A stretch of DNA of 64,000 nt from Ranitomeya imitator. Lineage: Eukaryota. The stretch's first letter is position 1, and the number at the start of each line of letters is the position of its first letter. Both the position numbers and the translations under genes were made by a program. Positions 51,591 through 63,279 of the stretch are shown piece by piece. Location of the stretch: assembly GCF_032444005.1 (NCBI RefSeq), contig NC_091283.1:739660001-739724000 (forward strand). The letters are read 5' to 3'. The notes beneath the pieces are model-generated. The model made no database searches, was not told where the DNA came from, and saw only the letters and a program-made list of their open reading frames with translations.

Positions 51591-53157
51591 TCTTACAGAT
51601 GCACCTTTTCTGGGGTGGCTGGGGGCAGATGTTTTTAGCCGGGGGGGCCAATAACCATGGTCCCTCTCTAGGCTATTAATATCTGCCCTCAGTCACTGGC
51701 TTTCCCACTCTGGAGGAGAAAATTGCACTGGAGCCCACACAAGTTTTTTCCGTGCTTTAACCCTTTATTTTAACACCTAGAGCTCCAAAGTTTTGCGCAC
51801 ACACACTACTAACATAATTAGTGAGGAATATGTACAAATATAATGGATATGAAATGGTTTACTGTATGTAAACCATGTCTCATATCCTGTCGGGTTTGAA
51901 AAGGAGTTAGCAAAAGCCGACAATTGAATTACCAGGTTTTATGCTGTCTAGCTCTTTATTAAATATAAATATATATATATATGTGTCTAGCTTTGGAGAA
52001 AATATTGCATCCTCGCATTGAATACAGATCACTGTTCAGGAACTTTTCTGCCTATCTCGGCCGTAAAAACGGACTGTATTTTTATATGTTAGGTCTGACC
52101 CCGGCCTAAAGCAGGAAAAGTTGTCAGCTGGCACAAGACCGTAACTATGCAAATTGCATACTTGTGGCCGCATGATCGCTTGCTTGATCAGACAACTGAG
52201 TGTAATCCTGACAGTGTGCACATAGAAGATTATTAGGATTTACAGTCACATAGCTTGACTAGAGAAATTAAGCTGAAGTCTGGTAAACTCCTTTAAATAA
52301 TACAAATTATATGATAAAATTATTTGTGCAACTATAAATGTCATGTTACATTGTATCCCAAAGTACTGCATTTATATGTTTAATGTGTGCAACTGAACTG
52401 TATGTCTGTATAATGTTTTATCTGCACAAAAATTAAAAGTAATTGACAGCAACACCCAACCATCATATTACAATAATGTACAGAGAGGACTGACAGCATG
52501 TGCTGCCGCTACTTAGAAACCAGTAGCATGTGCAGAACATGTGTATCTCAACATGATAACCCCATGATCGCCATGTATCTTAAGATGCTTTAAAGAGCTA
52601 CAGTGTTTTGTACATTTATAGGAACACCACGGGATATGGCATAAATGTATAATAGATGCAAATCTCACCAAGGGGTGTCGTATCTATCTAAAATACAGGG
52701 CTTCATTGCATGCTGCTTTTTAATGGAGCAGTGGTCAGAGTATGCATGCAAATGAATTGGAATTCTCGAACGTTTCCCCTATTTCAAGAACGACCTGTTC
52801 TTGAAATAGATGCATATTTGGCATATCCTTTGAATTTTCCATAGATTTACTGTAGATGTCAACAAAGATATAACTCTATGCCCCTCCATCTACACTGTGG
52901 CAATACTGGGTTTAATGAGATCCAATTGATGGAGAGTGATCGACTTCTCTGGTGCTGCTGTCCGGTTGGAATCCCGCAGGACAGTGACAGGAATGTGTTG
53001 GATGAATGAACTTTCTCACTGAAGATTTTATTAATCAGTGAAATAGTCTGTATTATCATTAGTTTGTTTTATTTATTATTATAAGAAATAACATGTGTAG
53101 GCACAGCATGTTTGCGAGCTGAGCCAACATCTTCATCAGATCCATACGTAAACATTA

Positions 53158-53467
53158 AAGGGGTTGTCCGGGCTTAGACTACAAGTCTTCACTCACTCTA
53201 TGTGAGGATTCTCCCCTGTCGGTGCAGTAGGAAGGGCGGTCATGTGGCTGCAAGTAGGTGATTTGAAGACATGTGCTGACTAAACGTGCGCGGTCTCGCT
53301 CAATGTAAATGTATTGAGTGAGGCTGGACGTGGCTAGTTGGAATGTGGCCGGCAGTATGCAAATTGCTGCGGGGAATCATCACAGTGCGCGCAATGTGAC
53401 AATTCACAAGTCTGAAGTCACATAGAGTGACAGCAGACTTGTAGCCTAAGGCCGGACAACCCCTTTG
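53158..53467. mobile_element. Kolobok/T2-type MITE
   Basis: TTAA-AGGGGTTGTCCGGGCTTAGACTACAAGTC...GACTTGTAGCCTAAGGCCGGACAACCCCT. Confidence 0.75.
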
Positions 53468-56400
53468 ATACTGTAATACCCCCAATTATTAGATTCGGGC
53501 ACATGAGTATTTGAATGACATCATGCATCAGGGACCAGTTGCAGTGCACAGGAGCATCACTATACATGAAAAATGCCTTTAGGAATCATAAAGATTAGAC
53601 CTTTACTATACGATAATGCTTATGGTATATTTGTGCAATATTCCATAACTATGTGTATGTAATAAGGAAAACAAGAGGTTGTCTGCATATGGCATTGGGA
53701 TCTGCAGGATAGGTCATCAATAGCAGTTCGGTAGAGGTGCAACACTCGATGCTCCTCATCGATTAGCTGTGTTTTGCTCAGACCCTGACCGGATGTAAAC
53801 ACGTTGAGCAAAGCTTCTCAGTACTGCTCTGATCACAGTGTAATGGCCGCTGCCAGGCATTATTGGCTATTGCACCACATTTCTTATACAACTGCCAACA
53901 GCTGGCAACTGCCGACAGAGACCGCTACACTTACATACGAGCTGCAATCAGCAGCTCCATTGAAAGTTTTTACATCCGGCAGGTGCTAGAGCAAAAAAAA
54001 CAGCTAATTGGTGGTTGTGCTGGATGTCACACTCTCTTCAATCTACTATTACTGACCTATCATGTAGATAGGTGCAGACAACTCCTTTAATGATCAAAAA
54101 CACCTTATAATTTAGCAGCTAAGAAATTTAATTCCAGTAAGTAATGAATGATCCTTTTGCATTGAAAATCTGAAAAATTCAGCCGTTTCGTTGGATTAGC
54201 TGGAGATTAGTGTAAATGGTATGGTTAATTTTAATTTTGCATATAGGAAAAAAATAATCTGTAGTCAGTGCAAAAATCAAATAACACAAAAAGATGAGAA
54301 AATGTAATTGACTCTTCTCTATGTTTGATTCTGATAAAGCTGATGAAGTAGAAAGATCTCTAGAATGGATGGACATCCAGAAGAAGGAATGCCTTCACAA
54401 TAATTGTCTGCTTTGTGTCATACACCCAATTACAGAAGACATAGCCAGGGCTACTGCTCAGTGCATTGTATGAACGCACTGACAGGTTGGATATTGTGGG
54501 GGCGCCTGCCATAGTTCATCATTTAAAGTCTAACTGGACGTCTGCCAGACGATCTGTAATTCATTTCTGCATCTTCCTTGTAAGTCGGCAGAAATATATC
54601 TTTAAATCTCGAGCAATTCCCGAGCTTCAGTTAAGACCTTATCCCACGATAATTGTATCACTCTGCAAAAGAGCTGCAGTTAGGAAAATATAGGGATTTT
54701 ACTAAAAAGTGCATTTCCATATTATTTTATATGAGGGCCACACACTGCAACTTTTACTAGATCTGATATCACCCTTCATGGTCAAGGTACTTGGAATACT
54801 TAACTATTTTTACCCACCAGGCAGGGAAAGAAAAATGAAGCAATGCAGTAGTATCTGTTAATGCATTTACATGGTGCTGCTTGCTATATAGAAATACAGA
54901 TTGAAAAAGTCACTACTTATGAGTACAGTTTGCCACAAGAGGGCTCTGTAAGAAAGCAAAATCTATTTTGTTCTCAAAGTAAACTGACTGCTTTAAAACA
55001 ATTGCAATTACTGTTTACGGGAAACCTTGCAAAAAAGTATGAGTCAGAAATAGTTTATTTGGACTAATTCATAATAAAACATATTTATTTCATATCCCTA
55101 ATTTACACCATATTTAGTAGTGACATCTTCTAGATCTAATCTTCTCTGACCAATTCTATTGCATGGCTCTGGTGCTCTCCACTGCTCACCAACCGGTGTT
55201 GGCTGACATGGCTGACTTCATGTCTACAGCATGTGATACCTGCAGTTAATTAATAGGCTCAGTGTAATGGTGCCATCTAGCTAGACGTGAACACCGAGCT
55301 TTGAAACAACTTTTTTGTATTATCTGACATTGGACTCCAGAGAGATAGTAGGCTTTTTTAGTTAATGTTAATTTTTATTGTCTTTACATTTCTCACAGTA
55401 TTTCCTGGGGCTTGTTTGTAGGCTGTTCTGCATTATTACCCTGTGAGCCATGGCCCAGTGGTAAATACCATAAGAATTAGTACTAAATAAAAAGGCAGGA
55501 CTGGCATTTCGGGGATGAGGGAACTTGGCAATCATCATGGGCCCCCATATTCATAAGGATCCCCATTGGTTACAAGCAGAAACTGAATTGATGATAGCAG
55601 TCCTGTGTTATCAGTGTAGTTTTTACTGTTAAAAGTGCAGCAAGACCTTTAGTGACATCTCGTTCATATGACCAAAGATCCTATACCTTGTGGGAGTCTA
55701 TATGAAATGACACTGAGGAGACAAGCTGCTCTGTGCATATATATGTGTGTCTGTGTTCTGTGTACACATGTGCTATGTATATACACGTGCTCTATGTATA
55801 CATGTGTGTATGTATGTGCTACGTGTATGCATATGTGTGTGAACATACTGTGTGTGTAACATAGTGTTTGTGTCACATATAATATGCGTGTTTGTTTAGT
55901 ATCCGCATTTAAAAGAAGCAGCAACACAATGAACGAGCAAAATGATGCCCATTGATGAGATGATTGGATTGTTTATGGCCGGAACAAAAGTAGTTGTTCT
56001 CAGAATCAAATAGCCCATTGTAAATAGGAGATGTGCTGTCGATAACATGATATGTATGGTGCAGAATGACCTATATAGTGATTGTTGTGATCCCACTATT
56101 ATTTGTCAGACTATGTAAAGAGGCCGATAAACAAGCGCCAAACACCTTCAATATAGTCAGCGGCATTCGTTTAATGGTTTGAAATCAGCTTGTGTAAACG
56201 CAACCTATTGATGGTGCAATATGTTAGCATTTGGAGCTCCACTTTTATCTTTTACCAAGGGAACCTCTTTGTCTTAACCTGGTCCTGTAAAAAGATTCAT
56301 ATCTCTTGAATTGTATGGTAGATTTAATAAAAATGACTACTCAGTATAGCGGCTGGTCTAAAATAAGTTGACCCCTTTTCATCTGGTGATTGACCCTCTT

Positions 56401-56699
56401 TATATAATAATATGCTTCTATGAATTTGTAAACCCTTTGGGTGTATGGAGTTGCATGGCATTCTTCTCTCGTAGTATAGTAACTTTTGGGGGAAATAAAA
56501 TCCAAAATTATGAGACTTCATATGGATTCCCTATTGTCTGAAGTATGTGTTGCATAAAGTCCATATCATTGGCTGCAAATATCCAGTCAAATGGAAAGAG
56601 TTCCAGTAGAGACCTTCAACCAACTCAAGTAGTACAGGAATATTCACTCAAACGAGGCCTCAGATATTCTGTAATAACTCTCGATAAGATAAAGCAATC

Positions 56700-57110
56700 T
56701 GACCCAAACAACGTGCTCCTCAGTATATGGCGCTTTAAACAAGCCAGGATTCCCACACATCAGAATCAGCAGATAAGCTGGATAGAGAGCTACCGGAAGG
56801 TTATTTCCAGAAAGATGGAGAAACCAGTTTGGCAGAAATAAAGTCCTTTTTCGGCAACATAGTAATTTCAAAGGGGCTTTGGCCACCATGGTCACTGGGC
56901 CTGACATCACCAGATATTTTCTTTGGAGTATGCTGAAAGGAAAAACCTATCCGAACAAGCCTCACACTGTATAAAATTTAAAGGAAAACATTCAATGTAA
57001 AATTTCTGCTATTTCTCCCAATGTACTTGCCGGAACATGCAGTAATATGGAGCGTCATGCTGAAATGTCTCTTGCAGAAAACAGGGATCACTTCCAGCAT
57101 CGCATGTGCA
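56700..57110 (+). pseudogene. Highly decayed mariner/Tc1-superfamily transposase C-terminal fragment
   Basis: Pieces KVISRK, LWPPWS.GLTSPDIFFGV and MLKGKTYPNKPHT resemble WPPRSPDLTPxDFFLWG-type transposases. Confidence 0.55.
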
Positions 57111-57537
57111 ATGCAATCAATTACACATATTTCAAGTATTTTTTTTATAGTCAGATTGCTTAATGGGAGCTACAATAGAATATTATGGGGCGTCTTTCTA
57201 ACAAATCTCCATTTATTATTAAAAAAGGGTGGAGATCTAGTGCTGCTATTATTTAGAAATGAAAATGTTAAAATACTGGAAAAGAAACAATTTCTAAAGG
57301 ACAGATACTGTAATACATAAACAAGATTAAAAAGATATAGGCTATGTTCACACGTTCCTGATTTCCCTCCTTTTTTTTCAGGACTAAAAACCGCAGCTCT
57401 TTGCAGAAAACGCAGGTCTTTTTTTGGTGCTTTTTTGGTGCTTTTTTGGTGCGTTTTTTGATGCGTTTTTTGATGCTTTTTTTATGCAGTTTTCTATGCA
57501 GAGTCTGTGTGTTTTCTAGGAAGTTTTTTAGGGTTAA

Positions 57538-57665
57538 NNNNNNNNNNNNNNNNNNNNNNNNNNNNNNNNNNNNNNNNNNNNNNNNNNNNNNNNNNNNNNN
57601 NNNNNNNNNNNNNNNNNNNNNNNNNNNNNNNNNNNNNNNNNNNNNNNNNNNNNNNNNNNNNNNNN
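57538..57665. other. Assembly gap (128 N)
   Basis: Run of Ns. The right flank 57666-58000 matches 35230-35580. Confidence 0.99.
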
Positions 57666-58285
57666 GGAAAAAAAAATTCTTAATTTTTTTTATTGTCCCT
57701 ACCTATGAGGGTGACAAAGGGGGGGGTCATTTACTATTTTTTTTATTTTGATCACTGAGATAGGTTATATCTCAGGAATCAAAATGCACTTTGGAATGAA
57801 TCTGCCGGCCGGCAGATTCGGCGGGCGCACTGCGCATGCGCCCGCCATTTTGCAAGATGGCGGCGCCCAGGGAGAAGATGGCCGGACGGACACCAGGAGG
57901 CCGGGTAAGTATAAGGGGGGGAGATGAGGGCACGGGGGGGCGTCGGAGCACGGGGGGTGGCATCGGGGCATGGGGGGGTGGGATTGGGGCACGGGGGGGC
58001 AACCACACTGCAGCGGTTCTGCACCACAAACCGCAGAAAACCCGCAGATATTTTTTTCGTCTGCGGGTTTTACTGCGGGTTTGACCTCACAATGGAGGTC
58101 TATGGGTGCAGAACCGCTGCAGTTCCGCAAAAAGAAGTGACATGGTGTTAGGACTGGCGGAACGCACCAAGAGAGATGATATAGATGCGTTCGCAGTCCG
58201 GGGTCCACCGTGCAGGTGAAACCTGCTGCTAGAAAATGACAGACAATATGGCGGTATTCAAAAGTATACATGCGTGGGTTAAACC

Positions 58286-61200
58286 TCACCCAGCGTGAAG
58301 AAAGGGATCCACTCGCTGCTGACCAGTATAGGCTTTACAGGCAGAAGCTGGAGAAGCAGCAGTCACACTTCTCACAGAGTCAGACTGAGCGAGACGCTGG
58401 GATCGACGTCCCTGCTGAGCAGGCTCCACTGCGGCTGGAGGAGAATGGGAGACCGCAGCGGAGACGGATCGAGATTCCCCCTGTGCAGCAGAGGAAACTC
58501 GACTCCTAACATTACCCCCCCTCCTAGGGCCCCCCCCTCCTTGGGCCTCGCTACGTTCGAAGGCAGCAATGAGCTGTGGGGCCCGAATGTTTTCAGCAGG
58601 CTCCCATGACCTGTTCTCTGGACCATAACCCTTCCAATCCACCAGATAGAACTTTTTGCCGCGTACCACCTTACACCCCAAAATAGCGTTCACCTCGTAA
58701 TCGTCCGTAGACGTAGACGAACCCGATGTCCCGGCAGATGACTCGGAAAACCGGGACATGTATACGGGTTTCAAGAGGGACACATGAAAGGTGTCGGTGA
58801 TACCCAAGCGTGGAGGAAGAGCCAGGCGGTAGACCACAGGATTAACCGGTTCGAGAACCTTGAAGGGACCCAAGTAGCGAGGCACAAACTTAGTGGACTC
58901 AACTCGCAGCCTGATGTTACGGGCGGAGAGCCACACCAAGTCGCCAGGAGCAAAGGTCGGAGTGGGGCGCCGATGAACATCGGCGGAGGACCTCATTCTC
59001 TCCTTGGAAGCCCGAATGGCATCCTGAGTGCGATCCCAAATGTCCCGTGCCTCCACAGCCCAGTCTGCCACCCTGGAATCGGCGGAAGACACGGGCATGG
59101 GCACAGGTACCCGCGGATGCTGACCATAGTTAAGGAGGAATGGGGTCTGTCCAGTGGAGTCAGCTACAGCATTGTTAAGAGCAAACTCCGCCCACGCTAG
59201 CAAAGATGCCCAGTCATCTTGTTTAGCAGAGACAAAATGTCGCAGATATGTGACCAAGGTCTGGTTGGCTCTCTCCACCAACCCATTCGTCTCGGGATGA
59301 TATGCCGAAGAGAGATTCAACTCGATACTGAGAAGGCGACAAAGCTCTCTCCAGAACCGAGACGCAAACTGGGGACCCCGGTCACTGACAATTTTGTCTG
59401 GCATACCGTGAAGACGGAAGATGTGTTTAACAAACAATGCTGCCAAGGCCCGTGCAGAAGGTAGCCGGGGAAGCGGCACCAAATGCACCATTTTAGAAAA
59501 ATGGTCGGTGATAACCCAAATGACAGTACAGCCACGTGACTTGGGCAAACCCACCACAAAGTCCATCCCGACCATCTCCCAGGGCCTGTCTGCCACTGGC
59601 AGAGGGTATAACAACCCAGCTGGCCGTTGACGGAGAGACTTATTTTTGGCACAAGAGACACATGCCCGAACGTAGTCTCCAACGTCACGAACCATATGTG
59701 GCCACCAATACATTCTCGCCAACAACTCAGATGTCCTCTTTGCCCCAAAGTGTCCACCCACTCTGGACGAATGAGCCCACGAGAGAACCTCCGGACGCAA
59801 ATTGATGGGGACAAAAGTCTTGCCCGGAGGCACAGACTCAAGCGAAACCGGAGCTACGGTTCTCAGACTCTCTGAAGGGACAATGAGCCGAGGCTCGTCC
59901 TCCTCCTCCACAGTTGACACCAGGGAGCGAGAGAGAGCGTCAGCACGAATGTTCTTCTCCCCGGCGAGATAATGTAGAGTGAAGTGGAACCGGGAGAAAA
60001 ACAAGGACCATCTGGCCTGACGAGAATTCAGCCGCTGGGCTGTCTGTAAATAGACCAAATTCTTGTGGTCCGTGAAGACTTGGAATGGGAACCGAGCACC
60101 CTCCAAGAGATGTCTCCATTCCGAAAAGGCCAACTTCATTGCCAGCAACTCCCTATCCCCGATGGAGTAATTTCTCTCCGCTGGTGAGAAGGTTTTTGAG
60201 AAGAAGAAGCATGGATGCTTCCGACCTTGAGCATCCTTTTGATAGAGGACTGCTCCTGCACCAACGGAAGAGGCATCCACCTCCATTAGGAATGGCTTAT
60301 CCACATCGGGATGATGTAAGATGGGAGCGCTAGCAAAGTGGGACTTAATAGAAGTGAAGGCCTTGGAGACCTCTTCGGACCACGATTTAGGATTCGCTCC
60401 CTTCTTGGTGAGGGATACAAAGGGAGCTACCAGGGTTGAGAAGTGGGGGATGAACTGACGATAGTAATTTATGAACCCCATAAAGCGCTGCACCGCTTTC
60501 AGAGAATGGGGTTCCTGCCAGTCCATCACTGCCTGTAGTTTAGCAGGATCCATAGCCAATCCCTGGGCCGAGATGATGTAGCCCAGGAAAGGTAAAGACT
60601 CCTGCTCAAACATACACTTCTCCAATTTGGCATAGAGGAAGTTTGCCCGTAGGAGGTCGAAGACTTTGCAAACATCTCTCCGGTGGGAGTCAATATCTGG
60701 AGAGTAGATAAGAATATCATCCAGATAGACTACGACCGAGGTGGAAAGCATATCCCGGAAGATATCGTTCACAAAGTCTTGGAAAACGGCTGGGGCATTA
60801 CAGAGCCCGAAGGGCATCACCAGATATTCATAGTGCCCATCCCTGGTGTTAAAGGCCGTCTTCCATTCGTCCCCCTCACGGATGCGAATCAGGTTGTAAG
60901 CACCCCGCAAATCTAATTTAGTAAATACCCTTGCTCCCCGAAGTCTATCGAATAACTCAGATATCAAGGGCAAAGGATACTTATTCTTAACGGTGATGGC
61001 GTTAAGACCCCTGTAGTCTATGCATGGGCGCAATTCCCCATTCTTCTTCTGCACGAAGAAGAACCCTGCCCCAGCAGGTGACACTGACTTCCTAATGAAT
61101 CCTCTTGCCAGATTTTCCTGGATGTACTGTGACATTGCCTCCATCTCCGGGAGAGATAGCGGATAAACTCGACCCCGGGGAGGCTCAGCACCAGGCAAGA

Positions 61201-62659
61201 GATCAATAGGACAGTCATAGGGGCGATGAGGCGGAAGGACCTCCGCCGCCTTTTTGGAGAACACGTCTGCATAAGACCAATACTGCTTGGGGAGAGAGGA
61301 TAGATCTGCGGGTACCTCAGTAGTAGCAACCTGAACGCACTCCCTCTGACACCTACCCCCACAAGATTCACCCCAACCCAGAATTCTGCCTGAGGACCAC
61401 TCGATATGAGGAGAGTGGTACCGTAGCCAAGGTATTCCCAACAGGACCTCATCAATTCCTTCCGGAATGACGAGCAGAGAAATTATCTCCTGATGAGATG
61501 GCGACATGGACAGAGTAAAAGGGATGGTCTGGTGTGTTATCTGTGAGGGCAATGTCGACCCATTCACCACTCGCACCGTTACTGGTTGAGCAAGCATAAC
61601 CAGGGGTATTGCGTGACGTTGGGCAAAGGCAGAAGACATAAAATTGCCCTCCGCCCTAGAATCCACGCAGAGCTCTACCGAGTGGGAGAATGAGTCAATA
61701 GTAATTGTCCCCTTAAAGGACAACTTAGAGGCAAACGTCGCCGTGTCTAGTGTACCTCCACCTACTACCACTAGACGCTGACGTTTCCTCGACCGCTGAG
61801 GACATCTGGTGGCTAGATGTCCTGACTGCTGGCAAACATGACAGACCCTGAGTGCACAAGCGGTCCGGGACTTAGATCCTGCTTGTGACACTTCCCTGGC
61901 CTCATGTGACTCAGGAACCAGGACCGGAAATTCCAGAGGTTTGGCGAAAGTAGAAGCCAGCCGAAACCTCTGCCTACACTGGGCTCGCTCTAACCTCCGC
62001 TCGTTAAAACGGAGGTCAATTCGAGTGGAGACAGTTATTAACTCCTCCAGTGTGGCAGGAATCTCCCTAGTGGCCAGAGCGTCCTTTACGTGGTGAGCCA
62101 AGCCCCTCCAAAATATGGGAATAAGAGCTTTATCCGACCAATCCAGCTCAGATGCTAAGGTGCGGAATTGGACGGCAAAATGACTGACCAAGGACTCACC
62201 CTGAGTTAATGCCAGCAATTGGAGCGCAGTATCATGGGTGACTTGAGGTCCTAAAAAGACCTGTTTCAGAGCGCTCAGAAACAGCGGAGCACTCTGCACC
62301 ACATGATCGCCACGCTCCCACAGCGGCGTAGCCCATTCCAACGCCCTGTACGACAATAGAGACAGAATAAATCCCACCTTAGCCCGCTCTGTGGGAAAAC
62401 GTGTAGCCAGGAGCTCGAGGTGAATAGAGCACTGACTCACAAATCCCCTGCAAAACTTGCTATCACCAGAAAATTTTTCTGGCAGCGGGAGGCGAGATAA
62501 TGTCGGAACAGGGGTGGCAATGGACGTAGTAGCTGCAGCTACGCTGGCAGCCTGTACAGCTACTGCAGTAACATCCACAGCTGAGGTCGCGCTCTCGAGA
62601 GCCGCCAACCTACCCTCCAGCTGCTGGATATGCCGCAGAGATTGCTGTTTGTCTGTCAT
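58286..62659 (-). CDS. Gag-Pol polyprotein: gag, CCHC knuckle, protease, RT, RNase H, integrase, chromodomain
   Basis: CHVCQQSGHLATRC; VDSRAEGNF (DSG changed to DSR); LRPCIDYRGLN; YLDDILIYS; DAS/ELLA/TDHKNL/ADALSR; HHCC and D,D,E integrase; YLGPFKV; YEVNAIL...YLVDWKGYGPENRSWEP. Confidence 0.96.
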   Translation of the reverse strand: MTDKQQSLRHIQQLEGRLAALESATSAVDVTAVAVQAASVAAATTSIATPVPTLSRLPLPEKFSGDSKFCRGFVSQCSIHLELLATRFPTERAKVGFILSLLSYRALEWATPLWERGDHVVQSAPLFLSALKQVFLGPQVTHDTALQLLALTQGESLVSHFAVQFRTLASELDWSDKALIPIFWRGLAHHVKDALATREIPATLEELITVSTRIDLRFNERRLERAQCRQRFRLASTFAKPLEFPVLVPESHEAREVSQAGSKSRTACALRVCHVCQQSGHLATRCPQRSRKRQRLVVVGGGTLDTATFASKLSFKGTITIDSFSHSVELCVDSRAEGNFMSSAFAQRHAIPLVMLAQPVTVRVVNGSTLPSQITHQTIPFTLSMSPSHQEIISLLVIPEGIDEVLLGIPWLRYHSPHIEWSSGRILGWGESCGGRCQRECVQVATTEVPADLSSLPKQYWSYADVFSKKAAEVLPPHRPYDCPIDLLPGAEPPRGRVYPLSLPEMEAMSQYIQENLARGFIRKSVSPAGAGFFFVQKKNGELRPCIDYRGLNAITVKNKYPLPLISELFDRLRGARVFTKLDLRGAYNLIRIREGDEWKTAFNTRDGHYEYLVMPFGLCNAPAVFQDFVNDIFRDMLSTSVVVYLDDILIYSPDIDSHRRDVCKVFDLLRANFLYAKLEKCMFEQESLPFLGYIISAQGLAMDPAKLQAVMDWQEPHSLKAVQRFMGFINYYRQFIPHFSTLVAPFVSLTKKGANPKSWSEEVSKAFTSIKSHFASAPILHHPDVDKPFLMEVDASSVGAGAVLYQKDAQGRKHPCFFFSKTFSPAERNYSIGDRELLAMKLAFSEWRHLLEGARFPFQVFTDHKNLVYLQTAQRLNSRQARWSLFFSRFHFTLHYLAGEKNIRADALSRSLVSTVEEEDEPRLIVPSESLRTVAPVSLESVPPGKTFVPINLRPEVLSWAHSSRVGGHFGAKRTSELLARMYWWPHMVRDVGDYVRACVSCAKNKSLRQRPAGLLYPLPVADRPWEMVGMDFVVGLPKSRGCTVIWVITDHFSKMVHLVPLPRLPSARALAALFVKHIFRLHGMPDKIVSDRGPQFASRFWRELCRLLSIELNLSSAYHPETNGLVERANQTLVTYLRHFVSAKQDDWASLLAWAEFALNNAVADSTGQTPFLLNYGQHPRVPVPMPVSSADSRVADWAVEARDIWDRTQDAIRASKERMRSSADVHRRPTPTFAPGDLVWLSARNIRLRVESTKFVPRYLGPFKVLEPVNPVVYRLALPPRLGITDTFHVSLLKPVYMSRFSESSAGTSGSSTSTDDYEVNAILGCKVVRGKKFYLVDWKGYGPENRSWEPAENIRAPQLIAAFERSEAQGGGGPRRGGNVRSRVSSAAQGESRSVSAAVSHSPPAAVEPAQQGRRSQRLAQSDSVRSVTAASPASACKAYTGQQRVDPFLHAG

Positions 62660-62675
62660 CACTAGCCAGACCCTG

Positions 62676-62686
62676 GCGCTAGTGTA
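62676..62686 (-). promoter_or_regulatory. Primer-binding site TACACTAGCGC (self-priming type)
   Basis: Lies 1 nt inside the 5' LTR end and is complementary to 63249-63239. Confidence 0.8.
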
Positions 62687-63238
62687 ATTTTAGGACTGGC
62701 AGAACGCACCAAGAGAGATGATATAGATGCGTTCGCAGTCCGGGGTCCACCGTGCAGGTGAAACCTGCTGCTAGAAAATGACAGACAATATGGCGGTATT
62801 CAAAAGTATACACGCGTGGGTTAAACCTCACCCAGCGTGAAGAAAGCGATCCTGTTGCGTCACAGGACCGCTGTACCGCACATAAAGCGCGAGCAAGTGG
62901 TCAGCGAACTAAACCCCAACAGGGATTATAGTCCGATTAGACCCTTGCTGGCACTACACCGCTACTGGGTGTGAAAGGAATTATAATTAAGGCACCGAAG
63001 TGCGAACTGTGCCGTGCTGGCAGGCACCACTAAGCACCCAGACGTGGGTCAGGAAGCGCACACTGGCGCGTGGCACCGCACTGGCGGTCACAGCAGTAGA
63101 CGCTGACACGTGTGTGACACGTTGAGTGATAAGTCGGGCGCTAGATAGCAGCCATACTCCATACGCGAACAAACATACAATAGGGTAGGGGTATTTAAAG
63201 AACGACTTGCACTCACAACAAACACACGTATTAAATTG

Positions 63239-63279
63239 TACACTAGCGCATGGCCGTGCGGTCATGCGCAGTTTATATA
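63239..63279 (-). promoter_or_regulatory. LTR TATA box (TATATAAA, 63279-63272) and predicted TSS at 63249
   Basis: TATA lies 30 nt upstream of GCGCTAGTGTA. The sister LTR has the same spacing (47195 to 47225). Confidence 0.7.

Noticed and set aside
52859-53059. Minus-strand SCHCPAGFQPD resembling an EGF repeat
   Set aside because: The other EGF cysteines are missing and a stop follows soon after.
53100-53145. Minus-strand CTGATGA...GCAAACATG hammerhead-like string
   Set aside because: Stem II does not pair convincingly and the GAAA box is disrupted.
54245-54305. KKIICSQCKNQITQKDEK CxxC peptide after an acceptor-like AG
   Set aside because: An in-frame stop follows, the donor is weak (GTAATT), and nothing corroborates it.
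55896-56096. Hydrophobic 66-aa ORF next to a (TG/TA)n microsatellite
   Set aside because: Hydrophobicity is expected from AT-rich DNA, and I recognise no family.
58295-61455. Many short overlapping ORFs within the Gypsy element
   Set aside because: Alternative-frame shadows of gag-pol.
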